A DNA stretch of 64,000 bases, from positions 62,001 through 126,000 of the forward strand of contig JBLWGC010000202.1 of assembly GCA_048772705.1 (NCBI GenBank), written 5' to 3'. Shown here piece by piece: positions 21,364-34,257 of this stretch; position 1 is the first letter of the stretch, and each line of letters opens with the position of its first letter. Source of the DNA: Leidyana gryllorum EB-2025a (taxonomy: Eukaryota; Protista; Apicomplexa). The notes beneath the pieces were generated by a model, which saw nothing but the letters and a program-made list of their open reading frames with translations, had not been told where the DNA came from and ran no database searches. The translations under genes and the position numbers were made by a program.

Positions 21364-21960
21364 TCATTGCTTGGACACGCCTGCCATGTACTCTGCCACA
21401 CCCTGGGCCGAAGCCTTCATGGCCTTCATGCCTTTCTTCCAGTTTGCGGGGCAGACTTCACCATGTTGCTCAGTGAACTGGAGAGCATCTACGACACGTA
21501 GAGCCTCTTCAACAGAGCGACCCAGAGGCAGGTCATTGATGGTGATGTGACGCACAACGCCAGTCTTGTCGATCAGGTAAAGGCCACGGAGGGCGACCCC
21601 GGGAGCGTCCAAATGGCAGCCGTACATTTTGGCGATATCGTGAGAAAGATCAGAAATTAGAGGGAAATCAATCTGGCCAATGCCACCATCAGCGAGCTTG
21701 GTGTTTCTCCATGCAGCGTGGACGAAGTGAGAGTCCACAGAGCAGCCAAGAAGCTGAACGCCGCGGCTTGAGAATTCCTTGACAGCTTGGTTGAAAGCAA
21801 CAATCTCACTCGGGCAGACATAAGTGAAGTCAAGTGGCCAGAAGAAAAGGACCACGTATTGACCCTTGTAGTCGGCGAGGGAGATCTCCTTGAACTCCCC
21901 GTTGGGCATCACTGCGGTGGCAGTGAAGTTGGGGGCAAGCTTGGCGACGCTGGCGGGCAT
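21364..21960 (-). CDS. Typical 2-Cys peroxiredoxin, copy 2
   Basis: PLDFTYVCPSE, GGIG, HGEVCPANW; close paralog of 3073-3663. Confidence 0.97.
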   Translation of the reverse strand: MPASVAKLAPNFTATAVMPNGEFKEISLADYKGQYVVLFFWPLDFTYVCPSEIVAFNQAVKEFSSRGVQLLGCSVDSHFVHAAWRNTKLADGGIGQIDFPLISDLSHDIAKMYGCHLDAPGVALRGLYLIDKTGVVRHITINDLPLGRSVEEALRVVDALQFTEQHGEVCPANWKKGMKAMKASAQGVAEYMAGVSKQ

Positions 21961-22088
21961 TGTGATTGACTGAAGTGAATGTATTGGACTGTAACAGGCT
22001 CGGTTGTGTTACAAAAAACGTATTACTATCCCATATTATTGTGTGCGAAGACAGTACATTGTCGGTGCCCCAAATGTGTGGCAGCCTC

Positions 22089-25000
22089 TCAATTGTTCAG
22101 ATAAAAGTCCGCAACTGCGGCTGGAAGTCTAGCTGGTTCTGACAGCAGAGCATTGAGTGGACAAGCGGGATAGAGTTTGCACTGTTCTTTCAGAACCCGT
22201 CTAGCTGAGTCCACTAATTGGCGGTCCAGCATCCCGAACAGAACAAACAACTTCTCCATCACCACCACTCTGTCCTCTTCTTTGGTTAGGAATCGGTCAA
22301 TCGGTAACGAATCCAACAGCTTCGTCAGCTGCTCGCCACCCGTCTCACTCCGAGTCTCTTCCACCCACCGCAAAGCATTCCAAATGTTCGCCAACACTGT
22401 CGCCAGTCGAACTTGCACTCCTTCCTCCCTCTTCGCCACCGCCATCTCCATACAGGTGACCAAATTCAGAAACTTCTCGTGTCGTGCGACTGCCAACGCC
22501 AGTAACGCATGGTCGGTCACCATGGCCAAACAGGCCGTTGCAGCCGACCACGCCCGCACATTGTCGACTTCACCGCAAAAGGCGATCAGCAACGTCATAT
22601 CGAACACCAATTTGCCGTTCTTCTGCAAACTCTCCAACAGTGTCTCTCTCACGCAGTCTCCACAACACAGATTGCACAACAGCTCCAACCCGGCCGCCCG
22701 AAGTAATTCGTTCTCCGACTCGGCCACCTCTCGACATGTGTCCCATCCCTTCAGATTGTTACCCATCACTCGTTTCCGAACATCGTCACTCGAAGACAAC
22801 AGATTCGTCAGTCCCAAAGCCGCTTCGTAGACAAACAGCTCATAGTTATCCGTCAACAGCTCCATCAAGTCGCTAACCATACCCATCATGTCTTGATAGG
22901 CAAACAATGTGGGAGGGATGCTGATGGCAAAATGAGCGATACTCTGTCGGAAATCCCGAATGTCGTCCGGCAGCTCTTTGAACCCTTCGATCGCTTTACG
23001 CAGAATCGCAAATCCGCCCTGTTTGAAACACGGACCCCTCAGATCCTGGTGACTCGCCGTGACGTTCCGAACAGTCATAGCACACAGTTTCAAGAAATTG
23101 CTCGTCGGAGGACTCCCACCTTCGGGTGTTCGACTGCAACACAACTGTTTCAGAATGGGGATTAATTGGCCACACTTCAACATCTCCTCCCTCATTTTAC
23201 GCGTCAGAATCTTCCCTCCCCGATGGTAAGTCGCCGAATCCTGCGGCTTAGCCTCCGAAGGTAATTGATCAAATATCTGCTGCAACTGTATCATCTGACT
23301 CTCGTCAAAGTCCGGACTGTTCTTTGTCTTCTTTAAGCGATCCTTATCCGATTGCGATCGACTCAGATTGTGACAGATACCCGCAAACAGAAACGCGGCT
23401 TCTCGACTCCCACTCAATAGTGTCACGGCCTTCCCCAAGGGTCCCAAGGCCTCAAACAGAGCTGTGGGGTGGACCTCGATACCTTCCAGAGCGTCGTCAG
23501 CGGCATTCAACGCCTTCTCTCTCGCGGCCGCGTCTCTCTGTTGACGAGCCTTTCGTTCTTGAGGCGTCTCTTCTTCTTTCGGCAACTCGGGTTCCCACTC
23601 CAAATCTGGCAACATCGGCAAACCCAAGAGGCCGCGCTTGAAGTCGCCGTGCAGCGAGAGAAAGAACAGAATCTGCAGCAGATTTGTCACTGCTCGGGCG
23701 CACCGCTTCCCCAAAGGCCCGGAGAGACGTCTATTCTTCGCAGCCGCCTACAGGGGGGATGGACAGAAATTGAGGAGCAGTCCCCTTCCGAATTTCACTC
23801 ACCTGCAGATTCTCATACAGTTTGGGGAGATCGATCAGCTCGAAAATGTTCTGAGAGAGCTCCAGAAAGTTGACTCTGTCGAATACCAAATCTTTTATGT
23901 CGTCTCGGTGCAGAGCCAATCGAGAGAGCACCGTGGCCATAGTGCAACGATACTCCATGTGGTCCCGGTGACTGGCGTTCTCAAATAGAGTGCACAATAG
24001 ATCGAGTGCATTGGCCTCCAGCACCAAGGCTCGGCATTCCGGGAACTCCATCACGTTGACCAGATACTCCGAGGCGGACTTATTGAGCCTCGTGTCATCG
24101 AACGAGGGATTCACCGCGTGATCCAATGCAACAATTGGCAATCCTTGGCTCAGACTGTACTTTTGGACCTCCTGACGGTCCGCTAACCACAACAGATTCA
24201 GAGTAGCAAAGGCCATAAACCTCTCCGTCTCAGAGTTACCCGGCTGCAGCCGAGCTCCAACCAGATCGTCCAGAATATACGACCAGTTGACAGCTTCTTC
24301 CGCACCCCTTTCCTTGTCGGCCAACAGAGCAAAGACTGCCGTCAATGCAAACTGCACCTGACGAGACACACCGTCTTCCGCAGTGTCTCCCTCCCGACTC
24401 AGCTTAGACGCGTCCACACTAAACGCGTCAATGGCAAACTCTTTATCGAACTCCAACATGGACACCAAACTCTCCAAACATCGCATCAGCCCGTGAGAGC
24501 TCTTGAGGACCTTCGCTCGAAGACCTAATCGTCGTCTGTGGTCGCAGAGGAAGGTGAACGAGGTGACTGCCCTCAGCTGGACGGGTCGGCAAGATATCAT
24601 ATCCATTCCCTCGGCCAAAGCTAAGAGAGCGTCAGAGTCTTCGAGTGTGGCAGTATAATGGATCAAGTCGACGAGGGACACAGTGATCTCGCGTCTGAGT
24701 ATCTTCATTTTGGCATCGTCGTCGAGTGGCTCGCCAGCTTTGGGTACAAATTCTGTCACTCCAGTTGAGCTAAGCTCTTGAATGACGGTATGTAACAGCT
24801 TTGACGGCAATCCTTCACACACTTTCTGACGACGGGCCTCCACTTCTTTGGGCGTTATGATGGGGGCATCGAGTCTCAAAGCTTGTTGTCGTTCCCTTTC
24901 GATCTTCTCCTCTTCATCGGCCGCCGTTGTTGTCTCCAGACACATTAGCAGACAGAAGCGAACACATTGCTGCTGCAGCCCGAGGGATTTGGGGTCACTG

Positions 25001-25710
25001 AAGGGCGTTTTGAGAGGAGGTTCTGAGGTGTCATCGGTCTTCGTGTCGGGTTTCCAGAGTTTGGCGAGGATCGCACACACGTGTTCGATAGCATTGTCCT
25101 TCTGCAAGACTTCGGGTTTGGCGTGTTTGACGAGCCACGTATTGAGGATTTGAGTGGAAAGCGTGGTGGCCTCCACATCGTTGTAGGTCCCCTGAGCGAA
25201 TTCTCGGACGATGCGGGCAGCGTCGCTGGGCGACCCGCCGTCGGCACCCTCGTTTCGTTGGCGTTCGGCTCGCTCGGTGAGACGTCGGAGGAGATTTTGG
25301 GCGTCTTTGTCTGCTCTGTCGAGGCGAAGGAGAGCGTTGAGGGCCTGAGCGCAATCCTTGAGTTGGCCGAGCTCAAGGTGGCTGAGAGCCTTGCGGTAGA
25401 GGGCTTTTGGGTGGTTTGGGGAGATTTTGAGGGCGGCATCGGCGGCGGCGATGGCGTCCTCATAGTCCTCTTGTTTGATGTGGCATAGGGCGAGATTGGT
25501 GTGGAGGGCTAAGCGTACCTGACGACAGTTTACAGTTGTAAAATCGGCCGGGAGCGGCTGTCAGTGAGTTACCTCATTTACATAGTGGTCATCTTCGGCC
25601 TGGTCTTTTATAGCGAAGAGACCTGTCTGATACTTAACTATAGCGGCTTCCCAGTTGTTGCGTTTGAATTCGGCATTGCCTTCTTCCCTGTAGCCCAGCG
25701 CCTGTAACAT
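22089..25710 (-). CDS. UNC45: UNC-45 myosin co-chaperone (TPR + ARM/UCS), 3 exons
   Basis: TPR start REEGNAEFKRNNWEAAIVKY...TNLALCHIKQEDY...PKALYRKA; UCS motifs YEAALGLTNL and ESENELLRAAGLELLCNL. Confidence 0.85.
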
Positions 25711-25740
25711 CAGAAAGTCTTTTTGACATGCGTCTGGAAC

Positions 25741-27963
25741 ATGCAGCACGAGCAAACGCGTCTACCGTCATTTGAAGTAGGTGCCGATGTGCACACTTTG
25801 GCACAGGACATCCCCCTGAGTCATGCGTTAGATATACTGAACCGCGATGGTCGTAGAAATACGTCGGTTGCCATCCAACGAGTGATCTTAATGTTCTATA
25901 GGCGCACTCCGCTTCTCGTATTGAAGACGGTTCCCGCTATTGCTGATCATTTGAGCAACCTGGTCGCCCGTCACTGTGCCTTGGTGAAGAACAAAGTGTC
26001 ATATTTTGAGACTCTGCGTGTGGCCGCTTGGCACATCCACGATGCGTATGTTGAGACCTATGCGCGGGAGATGCAGCGCGCTGTGCCTCTTCAAGTACTG
26101 AATTTGGGAGATATATCTACACTCACACAGATCCAAGTCGCCACCCGCTTGGTTGCCAAACTGCACACTTTGGTCAAAGTAGATAGTAAGGTGACCGCAG
26201 AGCTCCGCAAACATTCCTCGCCCTTACCCAAAATACGTATTCTGAAAGGTCTGTTAAGCTGCAATGTCTTATTGATCTTCGGCTATGCCGATGCTCTCTA
26301 TAACCAGAATGAGGGACGCACTGTCTCGGGTCCATCACTTTTATATACCTTAGCCGATCTCTTACACCATCGATCTCGGTACACATTCTCTGTGGTTATG
26401 ACTGTCACTTCGGCTAACGGACACGACTTGATGGAACCCAAAGTCAAAAGTCGATTGGGAAACAAACCAATGACCTCTGTTCCTCGGACAATGGAACTCG
26501 GCGACTTTGACCGCTTACTAGAGGCTTATACAGAGTACTATGACCAACTTATGGCCAAAAACTCCGAAGAGTTGGCCTGTTTGGAGGGCAACAATGAGAT
26601 TGCCACTCTCATTGACAATATAAATAACGTCGCACGTCAGTCACTCTTCACACCCGATGACGTCACCGTCAGCATCTCGCTCGTACTCGTGCGTCTCGGG
26701 GCCACCTTCCAGGGCGTATTGGGCCTCAGCCCCTACGGCGACCACGAACCCGCCATGAAAGGTCTCTGCTTCACGTGGCCCACCACAAGTCAACAGATGG
26801 GCAACGCGGGCGAAGGCGGCCCCTCTAACCGGGTGCAACCGCCAACGCCCGTGACACAGCTCAGAACTCCCATCAAAGCAATCAAACAGAGCCGCATGAG
26901 AGAGTTGGAAGGGGCTGCGGCTGCCGATAATGACATTGAGTACGCCCCCCCTCCCCGCAGTATCAGCCCCAAACGCCAAGATGTCGATATGGTCGGCCCA
27001 TCAACTCCAATATTCGGCAAGGAGAAAGGCACATCCAAACGCAGCAGAGATCCCCTCGAGTCACCCACTCCACACTCCAGTGGAAGTCGGAAGAAACCCG
27101 CCCTCATATGCACCACCTCGCAAACTAAAAGCTACCAGAACTTCAAGGAGGCTGTCCCCATCTTAGCCGGCGGGGAGGATGACGACTCCACACTCCCGAC
27201 AGAAACCTCAACTCCACCACCCAAACCGCGCAACCCCACAATGGAGTGTTACACCCCCCCGAGAACAGCACTCCGTACACCCGTCGTTCGCCGAGCTTTA
27301 GCCCTCGGAAAAATGGAAAATGATGGATCCGACTCTCTCGTCGGCAATGAAGAGGTGGGCCTCCACAACGAACAATTCACTCTTTCACTTCCACTTCCAA
27401 TTTCACTTTCAGTTGAGTACTCGTCGACTCTTTTGGATCAATCTCGCCATTATTGATCACGTCGTGCTGGCCACCTATCTGAGCATGCGGGCCAAGTTGG
27501 CCTATATTACGTTGGGCGACTTGGTGACCAATGAGAATTTGCACATGCAGTCCCCAGCGAGGGTGGGAGACGGCTTCCCGCGAGCGGTACTGTCCTGAAA
27601 TTGAGAGAGTGTCAGGCCACACATCCCATTTCAGGCCAAACTGTCGTCTGCTCTGCGTTTGGTGAAATGGCGCGTCCTAATGATCTCTGCGGCGCAACTC
27701 GAATATACACCCGACCCAACAGAGTCCGACTGGGTGACGCGGGCGGGAGACGATGTGTGGCTGCTGCATCAAGATATGTTGGCTAAGCCTATCTACTTTC
27801 CCTATAGCGAACAGTGAGTGTTCAATATTTATCATTGATCCTTTGTGTGAATATAATGTTAATGTTCAATTAAAGATATAAGGAAGTCCTGAGAATACTC
27901 CGCGAAGCCCGGGCCGTTCCAGTGTGGTTGGTGCCCACAGAAAATCATTGGCTTCGTCAATAA
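25741..27963 (+). CDS. Divergent ORC4/Cdc6-family AAA+ and winged-helix protein
   Basis: SLLYTLADLL...SVVMTVTS..HDLMEPKVKSRLG matches the ORC4 pattern LLYNLFD...LEKRVKSRFS. Spliced C-terminal exons (INLAIIDHVVLATYL ... ENHWLRQ*) are WH-like. Confidence 0.5.
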
Positions 27964-28019
27964 TGAGCCCTTTTTTGAAGGGGAGCACACACACACATCA
28001 ATCAATCAGTCGTCGATCG

Positions 28020-29831
28020 TCACCGCCGAGAGCTCGTACTCGACCGCGGACGTGATCCTGGAACCGCTAATGTGCCCGGACGCTTAGTACTGGAAGCTCG
28101 AGGGCCTGTTGCGCTCGCGGCTGAACCTGCTGGTTTGACCACTGTCGTCCCTGCACGGCTCGAAGTGCGTGCCGCTGCGCCAACACTGCGGGAAGAGAGG
28201 CTGGGACGGATCTTCGAGCTTCCTCCCGCCACAGTGGTGTCTTTTCTGGCCCCAACCGACGGTCGCGCTGGAATTCGAGTACTCTTGGCGTCTGTGGTCT
28301 TCCCTCTGACAGTCGACCGAGTCATAGACGGTCGAGGTTTAGTGCTCTTTGTCTTCTTGCCGCCTTCAGCAGGAGCCCCCTCCTCTCCCTCTTTGTCCTC
28401 CTCTGAGGCCTCGTCCCCTCCCTCAACGGCGAGGTCAGCGGCCTCAGTCAGACTGTTATCGGGAGCGGGGATGTCGAGTTTGGTGGTGGGGACGGCTCCG
28501 GGGTCGCCCGCTCCGCCGAGTCCTTCTTGCTGAATGCTGATTTGGAAAGGCGTTTTCGACTCTGAAGTTTTGAGACGAGTGTCTTCGAGATGAACAATCT
28601 CATAGTTCTTGTACAGAATGTCTCGGGCGTATCGTTCTATGACGTGCGCCGGAACCTTAACTTCCTGTTGAGGGAACGTCAGATGGAATTTATACAGTCC
28701 TTCCTGGTCCCCGGTGCTCCCAGGGGGGGCCAGGGAGTGGAGGCCGTATGCCGGCTGTTGGTTAGACCCGCCACACCCCCAGCCGGGCGGGAAACACCCT
28801 CCAAACAGATTTATCTGTAATTGCTGCTTGTTGTCGGTCCACAAAGTGTGCTGAAGTCCCTCTGGAGCCCGATCTCCCGGGAAACGTGGGAGCTCAATGG
28901 TGGCGAGTTTGGGAGGGATAATGATTTTGAGGGCACTCGCAGTGCCGAGATACTTCTCCTTTGTCGCGCCTGGCGCCTCCTTGTGTCTCGCAGCTGCACC
29001 GCCCGGAATGAGGCCTTTGTCGACCTCATCCTCTTCGCCCACCTTCCCGAGCCGTTCAAACAGTTCTTCAATGTCAAATCGGCCGTCTCCGCCTAAGGTG
29101 ACGGCCCGTTCTTCGCCAGACGCAGCTTGGCCTTCCCGGTTCTCCATCGTGGCTCTCTCCAGGTCGGAGTAGAACTGGAATTTCAGGTCATCGATGAGAC
29201 GGCCATAGTGGACATGGACTCGGGTGAGACGATCCTCCCAGGAGGCATCGCGTTCGGCGATGAGTGACTCGATGGCCGTTTGGAGATCTTCGAGAGTGAT
29301 CTCTCTCTTTCGGTGACTGTCAAAAAGAACGCGGACGGGTGTGTTGGAGGGCGGTGGGGAAGAGTCAGCGGTAAGTGAGGTCTGATTCTCCTTTTCAGCC
29401 GAGGCGGACAAAATGCTGATCTTCTGACGACAAATGGAGGCCAATTGTGTGAGATCCTGACTGGCATAATCGGTGATCTCTTTCATCAACTGCAGCCAGT
29501 AGATGGCCTGTGTGCCTTTGGTTTGAAGGAGAGTGCGCGTTTTTTCTCGCAGACTGGACGCGATACTGGCCGGCTGCTGATCGGTGGGCACTCCCACTTT
29601 GGCCGAAGCCTGGAGGGTGGTGCCAACAGCGTCGAGGGCCTCGACGACATCAACGAAGCCTCGCTGGAGTCCAAGGGCTAAACTGACCCCGGCCACCTTG
29701 GATCCTCGTTCCTGACCCACAGTGAACGATGCTCGAGCACTGCTTCCTATTGCCGATACATCGGAAGCGTTGGATGGAGTGCGTGACCATCTTCTTCTGA
29801 ACGAAGATGGCTCTTCACCTCGACTTGACAT
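28020..29831 (-). CDS. Hypothetical coiled-coil protein with basic Ser/Thr/Arg-rich tail
   Basis: ~600-aa open frame; likely start MSSRGEEPSS at 29831; no recognised domain. Confidence 0.6.
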   Translation of the reverse strand: MSSRGEEPSSFRRRWSRTPSNASDVSAIGSSARASFTVGQERGSKVAGVSLALGLQRGFVDVVEALDAVGTTLQASAKVGVPTDQQPASIASSLREKTRTLLQTKGTQAIYWLQLMKEITDYASQDLTQLASICRQKISILSASAEKENQTSLTADSSPPPSNTPVRVLFDSHRKREITLEDLQTAIESLIAERDASWEDRLTRVHVHYGRLIDDLKFQFYSDLERATMENREGQAASGEERAVTLGGDGRFDIEELFERLGKVGEEDEVDKGLIPGGAAARHKEAPGATKEKYLGTASALKIIIPPKLATIELPRFPGDRAPEGLQHTLWTDNKQQLQINLFGGCFPPGWGCGGSNQQPAYGLHSLAPPGSTGDQEGLYKFHLTFPQQEVKVPAHVIERYARDILYKNYEIVHLEDTRLKTSESKTPFQISIQQEGLGGAGDPGAVPTTKLDIPAPDNSLTEAADLAVEGGDEASEEDKEGEEGAPAEGGKKTKSTKPRPSMTRSTVRGKTTDAKSTRIPARPSVGARKDTTVAGGSSKIRPSLSSRSVGAAARTSSRAGTTVVKPAGSAASATGPRASSTKRPGTLAVPGSRPRSSTSSRR

Positions 29832-30028
29832 GGTCCATTGCACACTTAATGAGACCACATGTGCGTGTCTCCCGTCTACTTGCTGCCCGAGAGCGCTGTA
29901 CAAATGCTAAGCAGGGAATGTCGACTCGCAAAGAGAGTGTAAAGTGCCTCGATGACAGCATAAAGACATCTCATTGAGGCTTTACAGTACATTGGTCCTT
30001 CACATGCGTCCCCACACTCTCGTAGCCA

Positions 30029-31764
30029 ATGAGAAGAGCGGCATGTTTGGTGGCCTTACATCTTCTCGCAGCTCCGGCGTCGGCCGGAGTGTGTGAGGAG
30101 CTGGAGATTCCCATGGACACAGGTGAGGTGTGTGATCGGCCAAAATAGTTTCGGCCAGTCGAGGTTCCTGGCGTCGGTTGGGTCTGCAAGGTTAGAGAAT
30201 GCTCAACTCTCACCTACGACTATCGAGGCCTGCCCACCTGCGTGACTTGCAACCAAGAGGCTGCTGACCCCTCTAATCCCGCTCCACAATCGGAGTTCTG
30301 TCCCAAAGAACTGGGACGCTGCCAGGATGGAAAGTGCGTACCCACTGGAAGCTCATGGTATGAAAATAACTATGGCAAGGCTTGGAATGGTCTAGGAACC
30401 TTCTCTGCCGTCACAGCCACCCACTATGGTGGGGCGATTGGGGACTGCGGGAAAGTTGGAAATGTTGGAGATGTTGATCAAGTCACACAGTGCTTCGAAC
30501 GAATCGGCATCGATGGCCCCGCAGCCGTTCCCATCCAGGTGCGTTCAAGTGTGTGTGTGTGTTTATATAAGAGGCGACTCTCTTCGTGCAGATGTATGGA
30601 TCTTATCAAAGCTGGGGTCAGGGATGCTGGAAGAGAAACAATCTTTGTTACAAACTGGTGGGCACTGAGGGTGTAACGCGAGTGGTGACCCTCACTGATC
30701 GATGTAATGGGTACGGCCATTGCTCCAACAGCATCGGCCGCACCATTCCGTCGGCGAGAACGTCCCTCTATTTCCGAGAAATACCTCTCCCCACTGGTGC
30801 CACCGTGGAGGCCCGAGCTGAAGATTGTATCAATACTGAGGGTTCCCTACTCTACTCTGGTCTCGCCCAGCGTTGTTGGTACTTTACTGATGGCGGTGTG
30901 GGCGAGGGCAAAGCCAACTGCTGTCCAGCAGAGTGTATGGGTACCACCAACGGTCTGTGGAATCAAGTCGATTGGTGTGCCTCCCAATCCCACCCACACT
31001 TTGATCTGCCCGCCAAAGTTCTGGACGCCCTCTGCGACAATGGCAGAGGGGGTGGAATTGAGTACGGCTCCTGCCAGCTCCACTGGGTGGAACCGATCAA
31101 ATGTCCGGTCCACCCGAAGAGTGGCAAGTGCTGTTCCGGCAGCTGCTCAGAGAGCTGTACCACCATCACCAGTGGAACGTGCGCAGACAGTGTTGAGAAT
31201 TGTCGGGCGTGTGGAGGAACCTATTGCGACACCGACGCTGATTGGAACATCTGCAATGATCCCGTGCCCGACCCCGACCCCACTTGGACACCCCGTCCGA
31301 CTGATCCACCGGCAACTGGCGGCCTACAGCCCCCCACCCCCAGACCTCCCCCAGAAGGCGAAGAAACCCCTTCCCATTGGCCCCCTGGAGACGGCAGCAC
31401 CCGTAAGTGAAAGAGTGAGAGACATGTTGTCATTGTGTGTGTGTGTGTGTCCTTAGTGCCCACGGCGTCTCCGGGTGGAACGACAGCTCCCGGCGGCAGT
31501 ACGTGGACGTCGGGTGGTGGAGTGAGTCCGACTCCCACCCCGGTGCCGGGTGAAGAAGAAGAAGGCGGTCCGAATGGAGCGCTTATCGGCACAGCGGCGG
31601 CGGCGGGTGTGATTGTGGTGATGGCTGCGGCAGCCTTGGCGGCGCGGTCTCTGCGACGGCCGCCTACTCCAGTGGACGCTGCCTTCGAGGGAGATGTACA
31701 GGAAGGAGCCGAGCCTGAGACCCGTGAGGAGTTGAAGGAGGCCCATAGCGAAGACTTCCAATAG
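30029..31764 (+). CDS. Type-I membrane surface protein with expansin/GH45-like double-psi beta-barrel domain (4 exons)
   Basis: Signal peptide MRRAACLVALHLLAAPASA; ATHYGG..GDCG, AAV, C....LCYKL, VVTLTDRC, WC...HPHFDL; then a Cys-rich module, P/T-rich stalk, TM helix ALIGTAAAAGVIVVMAAAALAA and an acidic tail. Confidence 0.7.
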
Positions 31765-31814
31765 ATTGTTTTTTGTCTGATATTTGTGTCATATCTGCGG
31801 ACGTGCATCCATCA

Positions 31815-33346
31815 ATGATGAGAGTCGTTGCTCCCGGCCGAGTCAACATAATTGGTGAACACGTTGATCACCAAAACTATCCCGTGCTTCCATGCGCGGT
31901 TGAGAAGAACATTGAAATCGCGGCAGAATATGCCGCCGTTGAGGACAACAAAAATCCCGCCTTGACCGTTTGTCACAAGAACGAAGAGCAGTACCCCTCA
32001 AAAGTGTTCCAGAAAGTTGAGGATATTGTTATTGGCGAACACAATTGGACAAACTATGTCGTTGCCGCGTACCTCGGGATTGTAGAGTACCACGCCGTCA
32101 ACAAAGATGTTGCCAAAGTTGGGTCAACTCTCGATCAAAAGGCCGGTCTGACCGCAGATCAGATCAAAGCGGCCGGAAAGCTCTCTCCCACCAACTACTC
32201 TATCAAACTGACCGTCACTGGCAACATTCCCCCGGGTGCGGGCCTTTCATCGTCTTCGGCGTTGGTCGTGTGCTCTGCGTTTGCCATTAGCCTTTGTGCC
32301 GGAAAAGACAATGCCATTGATCACCACACAATGGCGGGCATCTGCACCAACGCTGAGCGGTACACGGGTACTGCTGGCGGTGGTATGGATCAGGCAGCCA
32401 TCTGTCTGAGTCAGAAGGGCAAAGCTCAGCTGATCAAGTTCCATCCACTGGAGACTGTACCCGTTCAGCTGCCCAAGGAAGTCGCTTTGGTCATCGCCAA
32501 CACCTGTCGCGAGGCCCCGAAGGTCCGTGACGCCGCCAAAATGTACAACAAACGCGTTTTTGAGCTCAAGACTGCGTGCGTACAGATCCTCTCCAAAGTG
32601 AACCCCGAGAAAGCCAAGAAACTGAGTGGCGAAGATATTATTGGCCTAACACTCCGTGAAGTGGTTCGCAACGACGTCAAAGCCACCGAGGAACAATTTT
32701 TGAAAGATCTCACCAAATACATTGAAAGTCGACCTCATTCCAAGGCCGATATGGACTCAATTCTGGGTACCGAAAGACGCGATGTTCTGTTGAAGAAACG
32801 CTGTGGAGAAGGTGTTTGGACCCAAAATGAAGAGTTCTTCCTATTTGAACGCATAAAACACGTTCTCACAGAGACCCTCCGCGTCAATCGGTTCGCAGAA
32901 ATCTGCAACACCCAGGTGGATCCAAACAAAGATACCGACATTGCCGTCCTCCGAGAACTCGGAGAGTTGTTAAATGGTTCTGGGAAATCCCTCAATGAAG
33001 ATTATGACTGCAGCTGCCCCGAAATTGAGGAGCTATGCTCCATCGCCCGCAAAGCGGGCGCCTATGGCTCTCGACTCACCGGAGCCGGCTGGGGCGGCTG
33101 CACTGTCTCCCTCATCAACAAGAAAGACACAGACACTTTCTTGAAGACGGTAAGCCCGCCCACCTGAGAGGCTCTCTCCCATTTCATACCTGCTGGCTGC
33201 AGCTGGAGACCGAATATTTCAAACCCTACATGACTGGATCCAAGAAAGCCTCGCCTCCATTAGAGCATTTGCCCAAATCCGATGGCGAGATACCTCAGGC
33301 ACTTTTCGTCACTTTGCCTGGCCCAGCTGTGTATTATGAAGAGTAA
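31815..33346 (+). CDS. GALK: Galactokinase / N-acetylgalactosamine kinase (GHMP kinase), 2 exons
   Basis: APGRVNIIGEHVDH, PPGAGLSSSSA, GGGMDQA, GSRLTGAGWGGC. Confidence 0.93.
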
Positions 33347-33362
33347 AAACACGCCCTTATAT

Positions 33363-33386
33363 ACACACACACACACACACACACAC
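33363..33386. repeat. (AC)12 microsatellite
   Basis: Direct inspection. Confidence 0.9.
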
Positions 33387-33538
33387 GTACACACAGACCA
33401 ATGCATAAGTGGTATCTCTCGATTCTGCCGTCGTCTCGACAGTTGTTTCTATCTAATGGAGTCGGAAACGATCTCCTGGTTGGGATTCTCGCCGAATATG
33501 TTTGATGGATGACGAAAAACGATCGATAGATTGATTGA

Positions 33539-34257
33539 TTATGACTCTTCCTCGGCTTCTTTGGTGGGCTTCCATTTGGACATCTGCAGTGGGGGAGGAG
33601 AAAAATACTGTATTGGATGAGAAGCTTACGTCGAGACTGTTCTCCGGACAGCCCCACAACTGAAGGTGGCCGATGCGCGTCACTTCAAAGCCTTTCTGAT
33701 TTGACTCCACAAAGATGGTCAGGAAGCGGACTCTCTGGAACTGTTGGAGGGGCGGCCAGATGATACCACTTTCTCAACTCGGGTTGGGCTTACGTTAACA
33801 TATCGCAGCGCAACTTTGTCGCCCGACGTTAGTTGAGACTCCGTCATTGTCTGGAAGAAGAATAGTGGATCATCGCACAACTCAGACTCCTCACCAGCAC
33901 TTGAGTGGGGGCGTCAGATTCAGCAGACGAAAAGTCCATATCCGGGGTATTGATGAACAGTTTGACCGATTTTGGTCCCGAGCCTTCGGCAATGACCGCT
34001 GGGGCGCATTTGATGCTGATATGAGAGATTTTAACGGGCTGCAGATAGAAAATGTTACTCCAATGATTCTCGGACCGCCAGTGTGGTGAGCTCACTGTCG
34101 AGAAGGGGATCTTGATCAACAGCTGCTCATCATCGAGTGAACGCAGTTCGAGGTCGAGATTGGGTTGGTAGAGACCGTTGTTGACGGGGAACTCGGAGTC
34201 TTCGTTCAGACACTCAACGCCAGTCTTCTCATAAAGAGTGTCGAGGACACCCGCCAT
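33539..34257 (-). CDS. PITH-domain protein (multi-exon)
   Basis: VECLNE, LRSLDDEQLLIKIPF, PKSVKLFINTPDMDF, LRYVN|FQRVRFLTIFVESNQ...TRIGHLQLWG. Confidence 0.88.

Noticed and set aside
21364-21960. Peroxiredoxin copy 2 as a retrocopy made by the adjacent LTR elements
   Set aside because: Both CDSs are intronless, there is no poly(A) remnant or TSD, and copy 2 may also have a 5'UTR intron.
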